Positions 41,345 to 51,614 of a stretch of DNA of 64,000 nt are shown here, one piece after another. Positions within the stretch are counted from its first letter, which is position 1. Every line of letters starts with the position of its first letter. Made by a program: the position numbers and the translations under genes. Origin of the DNA: Candidatus Thiodiazotropha sp. (lineage in GTDB: Bacteria; Pseudomonadota; Gammaproteobacteria; Chromatiales; Chromatiaceae); NCBI GenBank assembly GCA_040506775.1, contig JBEVWC010000027.1:159801-223800 (forward strand), in the 5' to 3' direction. The notes beneath the pieces were generated by a model that was given only the letters and a program-made list of their open reading frames with translations, did not search any database and was not told the DNA's origin.

Positions 41345-42922
41345 TTATTCCCACTCAATGGTGGCCGGTGGCTTGCTGGAGATATCGTAGGCCACCCGGG
41401 AAATCCCCGACACCTCGTTGATGATGCGTCGCGAGACCTCTTCGAGAAATTCGAACGGCAGATGCGCGAACTTGGCGGTCATGAAGTCGATGGTCTTCAC
41501 CGCACGCAGGGTCACCACATATTCGTAGCGGCGTGCATCCCCCACCACACCGACTGAGCGGACCGGCAGGAACACCGCGAAGGCCTGGCTGACCTCGTCA
41601 TAGAGGTTGTGCTTATACAGCTCCTCGATGTAGATGTGATCGGCCTGGCGCAGCAGGTCGGCGTACTCCTTCTTCACCTCGCCGAGGATCCGCACCCCGA
41701 GACCCGGTCCCGGGAAGGGGTGACGGTAGACCATTTCGGAGGGCAGTCCGAGTTCGATGCCGATCTTGCGCACCTCGTCCTTGAACAGCTCCCGCAGGGG
41801 TTCGACCAGTTCCAGTTTCATGTACTCAGGGAGGCCGCCCACGTTGTGGTGGGACTTGATTACATGGGCTTTGCCCGACTTGGCGCCGGCGGACTCGATC
41901 ACGTCGGGGTAGATGGTGCCCTGGGCGAGGAATGAGACATCTTCGAGCTTGCCCGCCTCCTCTTCGAAGATGTCGATGAACAGGTTGCCGATGATCTTGC
42001 GTTTCTGTTCCGGATCGGAGACCCCGCGCAGGGCCTTGAGGAAACGATCCTCGGCGTCCACCCGGATCACCTTGACCCCCATGTGCTCAGCGAAGGTGGC
42101 CATCACCTGATCACCTTCATGCAGGCGCAGCAGGCCGTTGTCGACAAAGACGCAGGTCAGTTGCTCACCGATGGCCCGGTGCAGCAGCGCGCCCACCACC
42201 GAGGAGTCCACCCCGCCGGAGAGCCCCAGCACCACCTGACGTTTGCCCACCCGGGCCTTGATCTGGTTGATGCTGTCTTCGATGATCTGGCCCGGTGTCC
42301 ACAGCACCTCGCAGCCGCAGATCTCGAACAGAAACCGCTCGATGATGCGCTTGCCCTGACGGGTGTGGGTCACCTCCGGATGGAACTGCAGTCCGTAGAA
42401 ACTGCGGGACTCGTCCGCCATGCCCGCCACCGGGGCGTTCTCGGTCTCGCAGATCACCTGGAAGCCCTCGGGCAGGGTTTCGACCCGGTCGCCGTGGCTC
42501 ATCCATACATCCAGCAGGCCGTAACCTTCCGCACTGGTGTGGTCCTCGATGTCCCGCAGCAACCGGGAGTGTCCCCGGGCGCGAACCTTGGCATAGCCGT
42601 ATTCGTGTTTGTCGGAGGAGATCACCGAACCGCCCAGCTGCGCGGCCATGGTCTGCATGCCGTAGCAGATACCCAGTACCGGCACCCCCATTTCGAACAC
42701 CATCCCGGGCGCGGCCGGCGCGGCATCGGCGGTCACGGTCTCGGGACCACCGGAGAGGATCACACCCGCCGGGGTGCCACCGGCGAGCCCCTCGTCGGCG
42801 TTGTCGTAGGGATAGATCTCACAATACACCCCAGCCTCGCGCACCCGCCGGGCGATCAGCTGAGTGTACTGGGAACCGAAGTCGAGGATGAGGATGCGGT
42901 GGGCGTGAATATCTGTGGTCAT
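41345..42922 (-). CDS. guaA: GMP synthase (glutamine-hydrolysing)
   Basis: [38 protein letters not shown] and [10 protein letters not shown]. Confidence 0.99.
   Translation of the reverse strand: MTTDIHAHRILILDFGSQYTQLIARRVREAGVYCEIYPYDNADEGLAGGTPAGVILSGGPETVTADAAPAAPGMVFEMGVPVLGICYGMQTMAAQLGGSVISSDKHEYGYAKVRARGHSRLLRDIEDHTSAEGYGLLDVWMSHGDRVETLPEGFQVICETENAPVAGMADESRSFYGLQFHPEVTHTRQGKRIIERFLFEICGCEVLWTPGQIIEDSINQIKARVGKRQVVLGLSGGVDSSVVGALLHRAIGEQLTCVFVDNGLLRLHEGDQVMATFAEHMGVKVIRVDAEDRFLKALRGVSDPEQKRKIIGNLFIDIFEEEAGKLEDVSFLAQGTIYPDVIESAGAKSGKAHVIKSHHNVGGLPEYMKLELVEPLRELFKDEVRKIGIELGLPSEMVYRHPFPGPGLGVRILGEVKKEYADLLRQADHIYIEELYKHNLYDEVSQAFAVFLPVRSVGVVGDARRYEYVVTLRAVKTIDFMTAKFAHLPFEFLEEVSRRIINEVSGISRVAYDISSKPPATIEWE
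41349..41377 (-). other. guaA-proximal att-like repeat containing the GAGTGGGA core
   Basis: Last ten codons of guaA; partner of 33296-33324. Confidence 0.8.
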
Positions 42923-42936
42923 GGTTTTCAACTTCC

Positions 42937-42980
42937 AAAAAAACGAACAGGGGCAACCGGGTGGACCCGCGATGCCCCTG
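42937..42980 (-). terminator. Terminator-like hairpin between guaB and guaA
   Basis: CAGGGGCA...TGCCCCTG stem with an inner CGGGT/ACCCG stem, followed on the minus strand by TTCGTTTTTTT. Confidence 0.55.
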
Positions 42981-43004
42981 GATTGACACGATCAGTGTGG
43001 CTCA

Positions 43005-44468
43005 TCAATCGCGCCGATAGTTGGGCGCTTCCTTGGTGATCGTAACGTCGTGAACATGAGACTCGGTGACACCCGCGTTGGTGACCCGCACGAACTCCGG
43101 TTTGGTACGCATCTCATCGATGCTGGCGCAACCGGTGTAACCCATGCTGGAACGGATGCCGCCGATGATCTGGTAGATGATTCCCATTACCGGGCCTTTA
43201 TAAGGCACCCGGCCTTCGATGCCTTCAGGGACCAGTTTCTCTTTCTCGTTGGTCTCCTGAAAATATCGATCGCTGGAACCGTCCTTGCCGGACATCGCAC
43301 CCAGGGAACCCATGCCGCGATAGGACTTGTAGGAACGGCCCTGGTAGATCTCGACTTCGCCGGGAGCCTCGTCGGTACCCGCGAACATGCCGCCGATCAT
43401 CACCGAGTAGGCGCCCGCCGCCAGCACCTTGGCGATATCTCCGGAGTAGCGCAGACCGCCGTCGGCGATCAGCGGCACCCCGGTGCCTTCCAGGGCCTTG
43501 GCCACATTGGAGACTGCGGTGACCTGGGGCACGCCGACACCGGCCACGATGCGGGTGGTGCAGATGGAGCCGGGGCCAATGCCGACTTTGACCGCGTCAG
43601 CACCCGCCTTGACCAGATCGAGGGCCGCTGCCGCTGTGGCGATATTGCCGCCGATCACCTGTACCTCGGGATAGTTTTTCTTCACCCAGGCCACCCGGTC
43701 GAGCACGCCCTGGGAGTGCCCGTGGGCGGTGTCCACCACGATCACATCAACCCCGGCCTTGACCAGCGCATCGACCCGTTCCTCGGTACCCGCACCGACG
43801 CCCACCGCCGCGCCTGCGCGCAGCCGTTCGTGCTCATCACGGCAGGCATTGGGATTGTCTTTGGCCTTCTGGATATCCTTGGCGGTGATCATGCCGCGCA
43901 GGGCGAACTGGTCATCCACCACCAGCACCTTCTCGATGCGGTGCTTGTGCAGCAGACTCATCACCTCGTCACGGCTGGCACCCTCTTTCACGGTAACCAG
44001 TTTATCCTTGCGGGTCATGATGTTACGCACCGGGTCGTCCATGATGCGCTCGAAGCGCAGATCCCGGCCGGTGACGATGCCCACCAACTCCTTGCCGTCC
44101 ACCACGGGGACACCGGAGATGTTCCGCGAGCGGGTCAGCTCGAGCACTTCGCCGATACTCACATAGGGTCCGACGGTGATCGGGTCGCGAATCACCCCGC
44201 TCTCATATTTCTTGACCTTTTCCACTTCCCGGGCCTGTTGCTCGGCGGTCATGTTCTTGTGAATGATGCCGATGCCGCCTTCCAGGGCCAGGGCGATGGC
44301 GAACCGGGACTCGGTCACCGTGTCCATGGCCGCCGATACCAGCGGGATGTTGAGATCGATACCCCGGGTCAGCCGGGTCCGCAATTCGACATCCTTGGGC
44401 AGGACCTGGGAATGGGCAGGCACCAGGAGAACGTCGTCAAAAGTGAGGGCTTCCTCGATCACACGCAT
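43005..44468 (-). CDS. guaB: IMP dehydrogenase
   Basis: [14 protein letters not shown] pair, [21 protein letters not shown] and [10 protein letters not shown]. Confidence 0.99.
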   Translation of the reverse strand: MRVIEEALTFDDVLLVPAHSQVLPKDVELRTRLTRGIDLNIPLVSAAMDTVTESRFAIALALEGGIGIIHKNMTAEQQAREVEKVKKYESGVIRDPITVGPYVSIGEVLELTRSRNISGVPVVDGKELVGIVTGRDLRFERIMDDPVRNIMTRKDKLVTVKEGASRDEVMSLLHKHRIEKVLVVDDQFALRGMITAKDIQKAKDNPNACRDEHERLRAGAAVGVGAGTEERVDALVKAGVDVIVVDTAHGHSQGVLDRVAWVKKNYPEVQVIGGNIATAAAALDLVKAGADAVKVGIGPGSICTTRIVAGVGVPQVTAVSNVAKALEGTGVPLIADGGLRYSGDIAKVLAAGAYSVMIGGMFAGTDEAPGEVEIYQGRSYKSYRGMGSLGAMSGKDGSSDRYFQETNEKEKLVPEGIEGRVPYKGPVMGIIYQIIGGIRSSMGYTGCASIDEMRTKPEFVRVTNAGVTESHVHDVTITKEAPNYRRD

Positions 44469-44708
44469 AGCAGTATTTCCGGCTGGAGGGATAAAGTAGC
44501 CGCGCATTATAGAATTTGCCGTGGGGCCGGTAAACCGGCAGCCTCAAATCCGTCACGGGTCAGATGATCAGGTTGACCGGTTTCCAGGGTCGATATTTCA
44601 GTCGAATTAGGAATTTATTTCATATTTCGACCAACAATCAACCTTTCTAGGCAGAGTTCCTTTAACAAGGCTCAATGCACACCACAAAAATGGCATTTCA
44701 TCCCATAA

Positions 44709-47700
44709 ATGCCCTCCCCTGATCGGCGCGGGACCGCTATGCTTTACCACTGGGACATGGAAACAAAGTCAGGAAGTGCAACCGTGCACAGATACGCCCT
44801 CAGAAGTGGCTTACCGCTCCTTTTGGTGCTGATCCTGCTGGTTCAATGCGGTATGGCGCAGGGGGCAGTTACCGCGATCCGGGTGGGGATCTACGACAAT
44901 CCACCTCTGGTCAGCACCGATCCGTCGGGGCACCCGGAGGGGCTCTTCATCGACCTGCTCGAACAGATCGCGAAGCAGGAAAGCTGGCAACTTGTCTACG
45001 TGGTCGGCAACTGGAGCGACCTGCTCTCACGCCTGTCCCGGGGCAAGATCGACATCCTCCCGGGAATCGCCTACAACGAGGAGCGGGGCCGGCGGTTCCT
45101 GTTTTCCGACCAGACCGTGCTGGCCAACTGGGGCCAGATCTACGTCCGGGAAAACTCCCCGATCCAATCCATCCCCGACCTAGACAACAAGAACATCGCG
45201 GTGTTGCGTGACGATGTGTACGTGTCGGGACACGATGGGTTAACCGGGCTTTGCCTCGCATTCAAGATCGACTGCCATTTCACGGAATACCCCACCTACG
45301 AGATGGTGCTGCGGGCCGTAGGTCAGGGCTATGCGGACGCGGGCCTGGTGAATCGGCTGTACGGAGCCTCCCGCAGCCACAGCAACAACACCGTAGCCAG
45401 TCCGATCATCCTGATACCTCTGGACATCCGTTTCGCCTTCTCCCGCAACACACCCCAGGCAAAGTTCCTCAAGGAGAAACTCGACTACCGCCTCGAACAG
45501 CTGAAACGGGACGAGTTGTCGATCTATCATCAGCGGCTCAACACTTTGTTCGAACCCAAGACCGACCCGGGCCCTCCACCCTGGTACTACCAGTCCCTGA
45601 TCGTGATTGGTTTGATACTCGTCACGCTGTTGCTGATCGCTCAGTTCCTGAGATGGCGCATCAAGGTCACGACCCGGGAACTCAAAGCTACGGAAGCCCA
45701 GTATCGTGGGTACTTCAACGGAGTCTCCATCGCCCTGGTCGAGGGCGACACCTCCGCGGCGCTGAGCAGGCTGGATGAACTGATCGATTCAGGCGTGGAG
45801 GATCTGAAGGGTTATTTCGATCTGCACCCTGATCGCCTGCACGCCTTGCTTATGCAGATACGCGTGGTCAACGCCAATCCGGCCACGCTCAGGATGTTCG
45901 AAGTCGGCAGCCTGAGCGAGTTGCAAAAGTGGTTACCCAAATGCATCACCCCCGGAGTCACCGAGGCCTTCCTTGAGTTCCTCATTGCCGCAAGCGAAAA
46001 CAATGCGGATTTTTTCTGCGAGGTGCCGCTGCTGACATCGAAGCGCAACCTGATCCAGGTGCTGCTGAATTTCCCCCTCTCTCACCTGGAGGAAGCCAAC
46101 CGGCACACCCCGATCACCATGCTCGACGTGACGCTCCAGCGCGAGACCAAAAAACAGCTCTCATTGGTCGTCAAGGGCGCGTCCCTGGGTTTCTGGGACT
46201 GGAATCTGGTTACCGACGAGCTGCGGGTCAACCAGCGCTGGATGGACATCCTGGGACTGGAGGCGGAAGACCTGCACAACACCATCGAGGACTGGACCTC
46301 CAGACTGCATCCCGATGACAAGGAGCGGATCCTGCCGATCATCGACGAGCACATCAAATCCGGCACAACCTACAATGTGGAATTCCGCATGCAGCACATC
46401 AGCGGTCACTGGATCTGGATCGAAGGCTCCGGCGGTGTGGTGGAATACGACCCGCTCACCCGCAAGGCGACCCGGGCCTGCGGAACCCACCAGGAGATCA
46501 CCGAGCGCAGACGTACCTCTGAAACCCTGCACACCCTGATGCAGAGCATGGTCGGTATCACCGGGGAAAATTTCTTCGAACATGTCGCCCAGGAACTGTG
46601 CCGCTGGTTCGAGGCCGACGGCGCCAATATCGGAGAACTTGAGGGCAATGCCCGCATCAAGGGCCTCACCACCCTGATCGACGGTGAGCCGGTATTGAAT
46701 TTCGACTATCCCCTGCGCGGCACACCCTGTGAGAACGTCATCCGCCAGGGACCCAGTCTCTACCCCCAGGGGGTGCAGAATCTCTTCCCCACGGATCAGA
46801 GCCTGATCATGCTCGACATTCAGGGCTACGCGGGGGTTCCCATCCGCAACCGGGACGGGGACCTGATCGGCGTGATCTGGGTGATCTCCCGCAAACCCAT
46901 GTTCATGCCCCCGGACTGGGCGGATGTGCTGAACATCATCGCCGCCCGGGTCAGCGCGGAGATCGAACGCATGCGCGCCATGGACCGGCTCGAATACCAG
47001 GCCACCTACGACGCCCTGACCGAACTGCCGAATCGCCGCCTGCTGCTGGACAGGCTCAATCAGGTGCAATCGACCTGCCGCCGTCACAACCGCCACGGGG
47101 CCGTTCTGTTCATGGACCTGGACCACTTCAAGACCATCAACGACGCCCTCGGCCACAAGGCGGGCGATCTGCTCTTGCAAGAGGTGGCCGCGCGCCTGCG
47201 ACGTCAGATCCGCGACGAGGACACCGCTTCCCGACTGGGAGGGGACGAGTTCGTGGTGCTGTTCTCGGAGCTCAGCGGAGATGCCACTGCGGCCGCACAA
47301 CAGGCCCGCCAGGGCGCGCGCAAGATTCAGAGAGCCCTGTCCAAGCCGTACAACATTCAAGGCAACGAACTGCACATCACGCCCAGTATGGGCGTGGTCA
47401 TCTTCCCCATGGACAGTGAGGATGCGGACGACATCCTCAAATTCGCCGACACCGCCATGTACCGTGCCAAGGACGCCGGACGCAACACCATCCGTTTCTT
47501 CATGCCCGGCATGCAGGAGACCGTGGAGCAGCAGGTACAGTTGCAGAGCGACCTGCGGCATGCCCTGCAGAACCATGAACTGATCCTCTTCTACCAACCG
47601 CAGATCGACAGCGACAACAACCTGATCGGCGCCGAGGCCCTGCTGCGCTGGTTCCATCCGCAACAGGGCATCGTCGACCCCAAGACCCTGATCAACGCCG

Positions 47701-48308
47701 CCGAGGAATCGGGCCTGATCCTCTCCCTGAGCGAATGGATCCTGAACCAGGCGATGAGTCAGAGCCAGGCCTGGATCAAGGAGGCGGACGAGTTGCAGCG
47801 GGTCGCGGTCAACATCAGCGCGGTGCATTTTCACCAGGTGGGCTTCGCTGACCAGATCATCCAGATACTGCAGCAGACCGGGTTGCGTCCGGAGTGCCTG
47901 ATCCTGGAAATCAGTGAGAGCACCCTGGTGGAGAATTTCGAAGAGACCTACGACAAGGTGGTGAAACTCAAGCAGCTGGGGGTGCGCTTCGCCATTGACT
48001 GTTTCGGTATCGGTTATGCCTCACTCGCCAACCTGCGACGCCTGCCGGTGGACCAGATCAAGATCGACCGCAGTTTCGTGCGCGACATTGCCACCGACCC
48101 CAAGGATGCCCAGCTGGTTCAGACCTTCCTCACCATGGCGCAGTTGATGGAGATCGAAGTGGTTGCGGTAGGTGTCGAGGATGAGGAACAATTGCAGTTC
48201 CTGCGTGACAAAGGTTGTCACATCTTTCAGGGATACCATTACAGCCGGCCCCTGGCAGCGAACCAGTTCCAGACCTACCGGCACAACTGGCACAAAGAAA
48301 CCGCTTGA
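44709..48308 (+). CDS. Periplasmic binding-PAS-PAS-GAF-GGDEF-EAL protein with a degenerate EAL domain
   Basis: PBP-type N-terminus; RDED I-site plus GGDEF; AEALLRW present, but DCFGIGYASL and VAVGVE replace DDFGTGYSSL and AEGVE. Confidence 0.9.
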   Translation: MPSPDRRGTAMLYHWDMETKSGSATVHRYALRSGLPLLLVLILLVQCGMAQGAVTAIRVGIYDNPPLVSTDPSGHPEGLFIDLLEQIAKQESWQLVYVVGNWSDLLSRLSRGKIDILPGIAYNEERGRRFLFSDQTVLANWGQIYVRENSPIQSIPDLDNKNIAVLRDDVYVSGHDGLTGLCLAFKIDCHFTEYPTYEMVLRAVGQGYADAGLVNRLYGASRSHSNNTVASPIILIPLDIRFAFSRNTPQAKFLKEKLDYRLEQLKRDELSIYHQRLNTLFEPKTDPGPPPWYYQSLIVIGLILVTLLLIAQFLRWRIKVTTRELKATEAQYRGYFNGVSIALVEGDTSAALSRLDELIDSGVEDLKGYFDLHPDRLHALLMQIRVVNANPATLRMFEVGSLSELQKWLPKCITPGVTEAFLEFLIAASENNADFFCEVPLLTSKRNLIQVLLNFPLSHLEEANRHTPITMLDVTLQRETKKQLSLVVKGASLGFWDWNLVTDELRVNQRWMDILGLEAEDLHNTIEDWTSRLHPDDKERILPIIDEHIKSGTTYNVEFRMQHISGHWIWIEGSGGVVEYDPLTRKATRACGTHQEITERRRTSETLHTLMQSMVGITGENFFEHVAQELCRWFEADGANIGELEGNARIKGLTTLIDGEPVLNFDYPLRGTPCENVIRQGPSLYPQGVQNLFPTDQSLIMLDIQGYAGVPIRNRDGDLIGVIWVISRKPMFMPPDWADVLNIIAARVSAEIERMRAMDRLEYQATYDALTELPNRRLLLDRLNQVQSTCRRHNRHGAVLFMDLDHFKTINDALGHKAGDLLLQEVAARLRRQIRDEDTASRLGGDEFVVLFSELSGDATAAAQQARQGARKIQRALSKPYNIQGNELHITPSMGVVIFPMDSEDADDILKFADTAMYRAKDAGRNTIRFFMPGMQETVEQQVQLQSDLRHALQNHELILFYQPQIDSDNNLIGAEALLRWFHPQQGIVDPKTLINAAEESGLILSLSEWILNQAMSQSQAWIKEADELQRVAVNISAVHFHQVGFADQIIQILQQTGLRPECLILEISESTLVENFEETYDKVVKLKQLGVRFAIDCFGIGYASLANLRRLPVDQIKIDRSFVRDIATDPKDAQLVQTFLTMAQLMEIEVVAVGVEDEEQLQFLRDKGCHIFQGYHYSRPLAANQFQTYRHNWHKETA

Positions 48309-49681
48309 ATCCATTCGACACCCCAGCCCCATCCATCGATAGGGATATCTACTCTGTCTCGCGTCTGGTGCGTGAAACCCGCGCTGTGCTCGAAGCCAGC
48401 TTTCCCCTGATATGGGTCAGCGGCGAGATTTCCAATCTCGCGCAACCCGCCTCCGGCCACATCTATTTCAGTCTCAAGGATGAAGCCGCCCAGGTCCGCT
48501 GCGCCATGTTCCGCATGAAGCGTCAGCTGCTGCGTTTCAAACCCGCCAACGGCCAGCAGATCCTGATGCGCGCACGCATCAGCCTGTACGAGGCGCGGGG
48601 TGAATTCCAGCTGATCGCAGAGCATATGGAACCGGCGGGGGAAGGCGCCCTGCAACTCGCCTTTGAACGACTCAAGCAGAAGCTGGCCGCAGAGGGACTG
48701 TTCGACACCGCATTGAAACGGGAGATTCCCATCCCGCCACGCCGCCTGGGCATCATCACCTCTCCCAGCGGCGCGGCCATCCGCGACCTGCTCACGGTGT
48801 TGAAACGCCGCTTCCCGGCCCTCCCGGTGGTGATCTACCCGGTCCAGGTGCAGGGCGAAGACTCAGCCCGGCAGATCGTCCGCAAACTGCAGCTGGCCGC
48901 CCAGCGGGACGAGTGCGACCTGCTGATCCTCAGTCGGGGCGGCGGCTCCATCGAGGACCTGCAGGCCTTCAACGATGAAGCCCTCGCCCGGGCGATCCGC
49001 AACAGTCCGATCCCGGTGGTGACCGGCATCGGTCACGAGATCGATTTCACCATTGCCGACTTCGTCGCCGACCGGCGCGCCCCCACCCCCTCCGCCGCCG
49101 CTGAGCTGGTGACGCCCGATGAACAGGAATGGCGGCAACGCCTGATGACTCTCGAGCGGCGCCTGCGCCAGCGTCAGCAACAGCGCCTCGCACAACTTCG
49201 GGAGAGCTGCCGCAACCTGGAAAAACGTCTGCACATGCAGCACCCCCGGCAACGCACCCAGCAACGCGCCCAGCAGCTCGACGACCTGGGATTGAGGTTG
49301 CGCAACGCCCTGGAACGACGTCTGCTGCAATACCGGCACCGCCTGTCTCAGGCGCAACACCGCCTGATCAGCCATTCACCGGAAAAACGTCTGACCCAGC
49401 TGAAGAACACCTACCTGCAACTTCAGGAGCGACTCAACCGCAACATCGGTCAGCAGCTTGATCACCGACGCAATCGCCTGCATCAACTGGCCCGCGACCT
49501 GCACACCCTCAGCCCCCTGAACACCCTCGGGCGGGGCTATGCTCTGGTGCTGCGGGACCGGGACGGAAAGATCCTGCGTTCCCATGAAGAAGTCGATCCC
49601 GGTGAACGGATCACCGCCCGACTGTCACAGGGCCGACTGCGTTGTGAGGTGATTGAAAGCAAAGCGGATAGCAAGGAGTGA
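48305..49681 (+). CDS. xseA: Exodeoxyribonuclease VII large subunit
   Basis: WVSGEISN, SGHIYFSLKD, SRGGGSIEDL, GIGHEIDFTIADFVADRRAPTPSAAAE and LSPLNTLGRGY; probable TTG start overlapping the upstream TGA. Confidence 0.97.
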   Translation: MNPFDTPAPSIDRDIYSVSRLVRETRAVLEASFPLIWVSGEISNLAQPASGHIYFSLKDEAAQVRCAMFRMKRQLLRFKPANGQQILMRARISLYEARGEFQLIAEHMEPAGEGALQLAFERLKQKLAAEGLFDTALKREIPIPPRRLGIITSPSGAAIRDLLTVLKRRFPALPVVIYPVQVQGEDSARQIVRKLQLAAQRDECDLLILSRGGGSIEDLQAFNDEALARAIRNSPIPVVTGIGHEIDFTIADFVADRRAPTPSAAAELVTPDEQEWRQRLMTLERRLRQRQQQRLAQLRESCRNLEKRLHMQHPRQRTQQRAQQLDDLGLRLRNALERRLLQYRHRLSQAQHRLISHSPEKRLTQLKNTYLQLQERLNRNIGQQLDHRRNRLHQLARDLHTLSPLNTLGRGYALVLRDRDGKILRSHEEVDPGERITARLSQGRLRCEVIESKADSKE

Positions 49682-49687
49682 CGGCCC

Positions 49688-49769
49688 GTAGCCCGGGTGC
49701 AGCGCAGCGGAACCCGGGATGCCCCCACCGCTCGACACCCTGGATTACGCTCCCCGCCATCTAGGCTAC
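49688..49769. repeat. GTAG-family REP doublet, second arm degenerate
   Basis: GTAGCCCGGGTGCAGCGCAGCGGAACCCGGG at 49688-49718; inverted variant CCCTGGATTACGC...CTAGGCTAC at 49738-49769. Confidence 0.8.
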
Positions 49770-49809
49770 CCATGTTCCATGCAACCGACTAAGAAATGTA
49801 GTGTCGCAA

Positions 49810-50040
49810 TTACTTGAATTTATCCAAAAACAACCATTCCCAGGGAAAAAATATTGCGGTCAGTAAAATCCCAGCTACGGGTATATCTCCCGATTCATGA
49901 CGACCGCCGGCAAGACTGTACATAACACCACCGAGCAACAGGATTACGAAAATGAGAATAATCCGGCGGATGACATAATATTTTTTGTCACCTGCTTTTA
50001 CTTTATCCCTGGTGAATTTCATAGACCGATGTATATCCAA
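49810..50040 (-). CDS. Small two-TM hypothetical protein between REP doublets
   Basis: 76-aa AT-rich ORF with basic N-terminus and two hydrophobic segments. Confidence 0.45.
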   Translation of the reverse strand: MDIHRSMKFTRDKVKAGDKKYYVIRRIILIFVILLLGGVMYSLAGGRHESGDIPVAGILLTAIFFPWEWLFLDKFK

Positions 50041-50058
50041 ACATCCCTATAGAGCGTT

Positions 50059-50158
50059 GTAGCCCGGGTGCAGCGCAGCGGAACCCGGGGAGATCGGTGA
50101 GGCGTGTTACGGAGCGCGAGGAGGCATCCCGGGTTCCGCTGCGCTGCACCCGGGCTAC
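50059..50158. repeat. GTAG-family REP doublet (REPIN-like)
   Basis: Two identical 31-bp REPs in inverted orientation at 50059-50089 and 50128-50158. Confidence 0.92.
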
Positions 50159-50201
50159 CTGTGCCCCCACGAGACGCACTCAATGCGCCCATAACCCGTA
50201 T

Positions 50202-51614
50202 TCAAACATCCAGATTGTAACGTTTGATCTTACGCCACAAGGTCGACTTGTCGATGCCAAGAATCTCAGCAGAGAGAGTGCGATCACCATGGGTTTCGCG
50301 CAATGTCTTGCGAATGAAAAAGGCCTCCACATCTTCCAGGCTTTGAGGCGGCAGATGATCGAGAGCCTTGCCCCCCGCCTCACCCAACGGGCTCATCTTG
50401 GCTGGCAGCACATCGGTATCGAGCTTGTCGGATTCCGTCAGAATCATCATGCGTTGAATGACATTTTCCAGCTCCCGCACATTACCGGGCCAATCATGAC
50501 GCATCAATGCACCAAGCGCTGAGGTTGCGATCCCTTTGACCGCCTTGTCGAGCACCTTGGCAAAGCGGTTAATGAAAAAGTAAACCAGTAGCGGGATGTC
50601 ATCACGTCGCTCGCAAAGCGGTGGAATCTCCAGTTCGACCACGGCCAGGCGGTAGTAGAGATCCTCGCGGAATTCACCGTTCTCGATCAACTCTTTCATG
50701 GATCGGTTGCTGGCGGCCAGCAGCCGCACATCGACACTCCTCGCTTCGGTATCACCCATGGGATAGAAAGTACCGTTCTGCACCACCCGTAACAGTTTCG
50801 CCTGCAATGACAGAGAGGCATTGTTGACCTCATCGAGGAACACCGTTCCGCCATCGGCGACCTGAAACAATCCTGGCTTACTGCGTTCGGCCCCGGTGAA
50901 TGCACCTTTCTTGTATCCAAACAACTCACTCTCGATCAAATGCTCAGGTATAGCGGCGCAATTGATAGCGACAAATTCCTTGTCACGGCGCTGACTCTGA
51001 GCATGGATTTGATGTGCCACGACTTCCTTACCCGAACCGCTTGGGCCGGTAATGAGTACCGGACAATCATATCCGGATGTGGCATTGATCATACGCCTAA
51101 CCTGCTGCATGGCCACTGACTGCCCCACCAACCCAGTACCTTCGACGAATAGCTGATTTTCCTTCACCAGTCGCCGGTTCTCCCGACTCAGCTGGTAGTG
51201 TTCCAGGGCACGCTCCACGGTGCAGCGCAATTCAACGTTTTCAAAAGGTTTCCGAATATAGTCGAAGGCACCCGCTTTTAGCGCCTCGATGGCGGATTCC
51301 ACGGTGGCAAATCCCGTTACCAGAATCACCTGGGTCATGGGATCACACTGCTTGGCAAACCTGAGCACATCCATGCCATCGGCTCCCGGCATTTTTAGAT
51401 CGGTGACCACCACGGAGATCTGATGATTCTCCATGTAGTCCATGGCATCGTTAGCCGAGTCCGCGGCGACGATCTCGACCGGAGTTTCGATTGCCGAGAG
51501 CACCTGTACCACCAGGTCGCGCATTCGGGGATCATCCTCGGTAATGAGAATTTTCAAGGTGTTGTCCATCACCGGTTGCTGCTCCTCACATGGTTGCTTT
51601 TCGGCCGCTATCAT
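50202..51614 (-). CDS. NtrC-family sigma54-dependent response regulator
   Basis: Receiver TDLKMPG; Walker A GPSGSGKE; intact ESELFGYKKGAFTGA; WPGNVRELEN; Fis-type HTH. Start may be 51569. Confidence 0.96.
   Translation of the reverse strand: MIAAEKQPCEEQQPVMDNTLKILITEDDPRMRDLVVQVLSAIETPVEIVAADSANDAMDYMENHQISVVVTDLKMPGADGMDVLRFAKQCDPMTQVILVTGFATVESAIEALKAGAFDYIRKPFENVELRCTVERALEHYQLSRENRRLVKENQLFVEGTGLVGQSVAMQQVRRMINATSGYDCPVLITGPSGSGKEVVAHQIHAQSQRRDKEFVAINCAAIPEHLIESELFGYKKGAFTGAERSKPGLFQVADGGTVFLDEVNNASLSLQAKLLRVVQNGTFYPMGDTEARSVDVRLLAASNRSMKELIENGEFREDLYYRLAVVELEIPPLCERRDDIPLLVYFFINRFAKVLDKAVKGIATSALGALMRHDWPGNVRELENVIQRMMILTESDKLDTDVLPAKMSPLGEAGGKALDHLPPQSLEDVEAFFIRKTLRETHGDRTLSAEILGIDKSTLWRKIKRYNLDV

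Larger units (their letters stand above)
33325..41348. mobile_element. ~8-kb genomic island or islet in the guaA 3' end; no integrase visible
   Basis: Flanked by direct repeats of the guaA end; visibly AT-richer cargo at 34330-41340; contains RAYT plus orphan genes. Confidence 0.78.
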
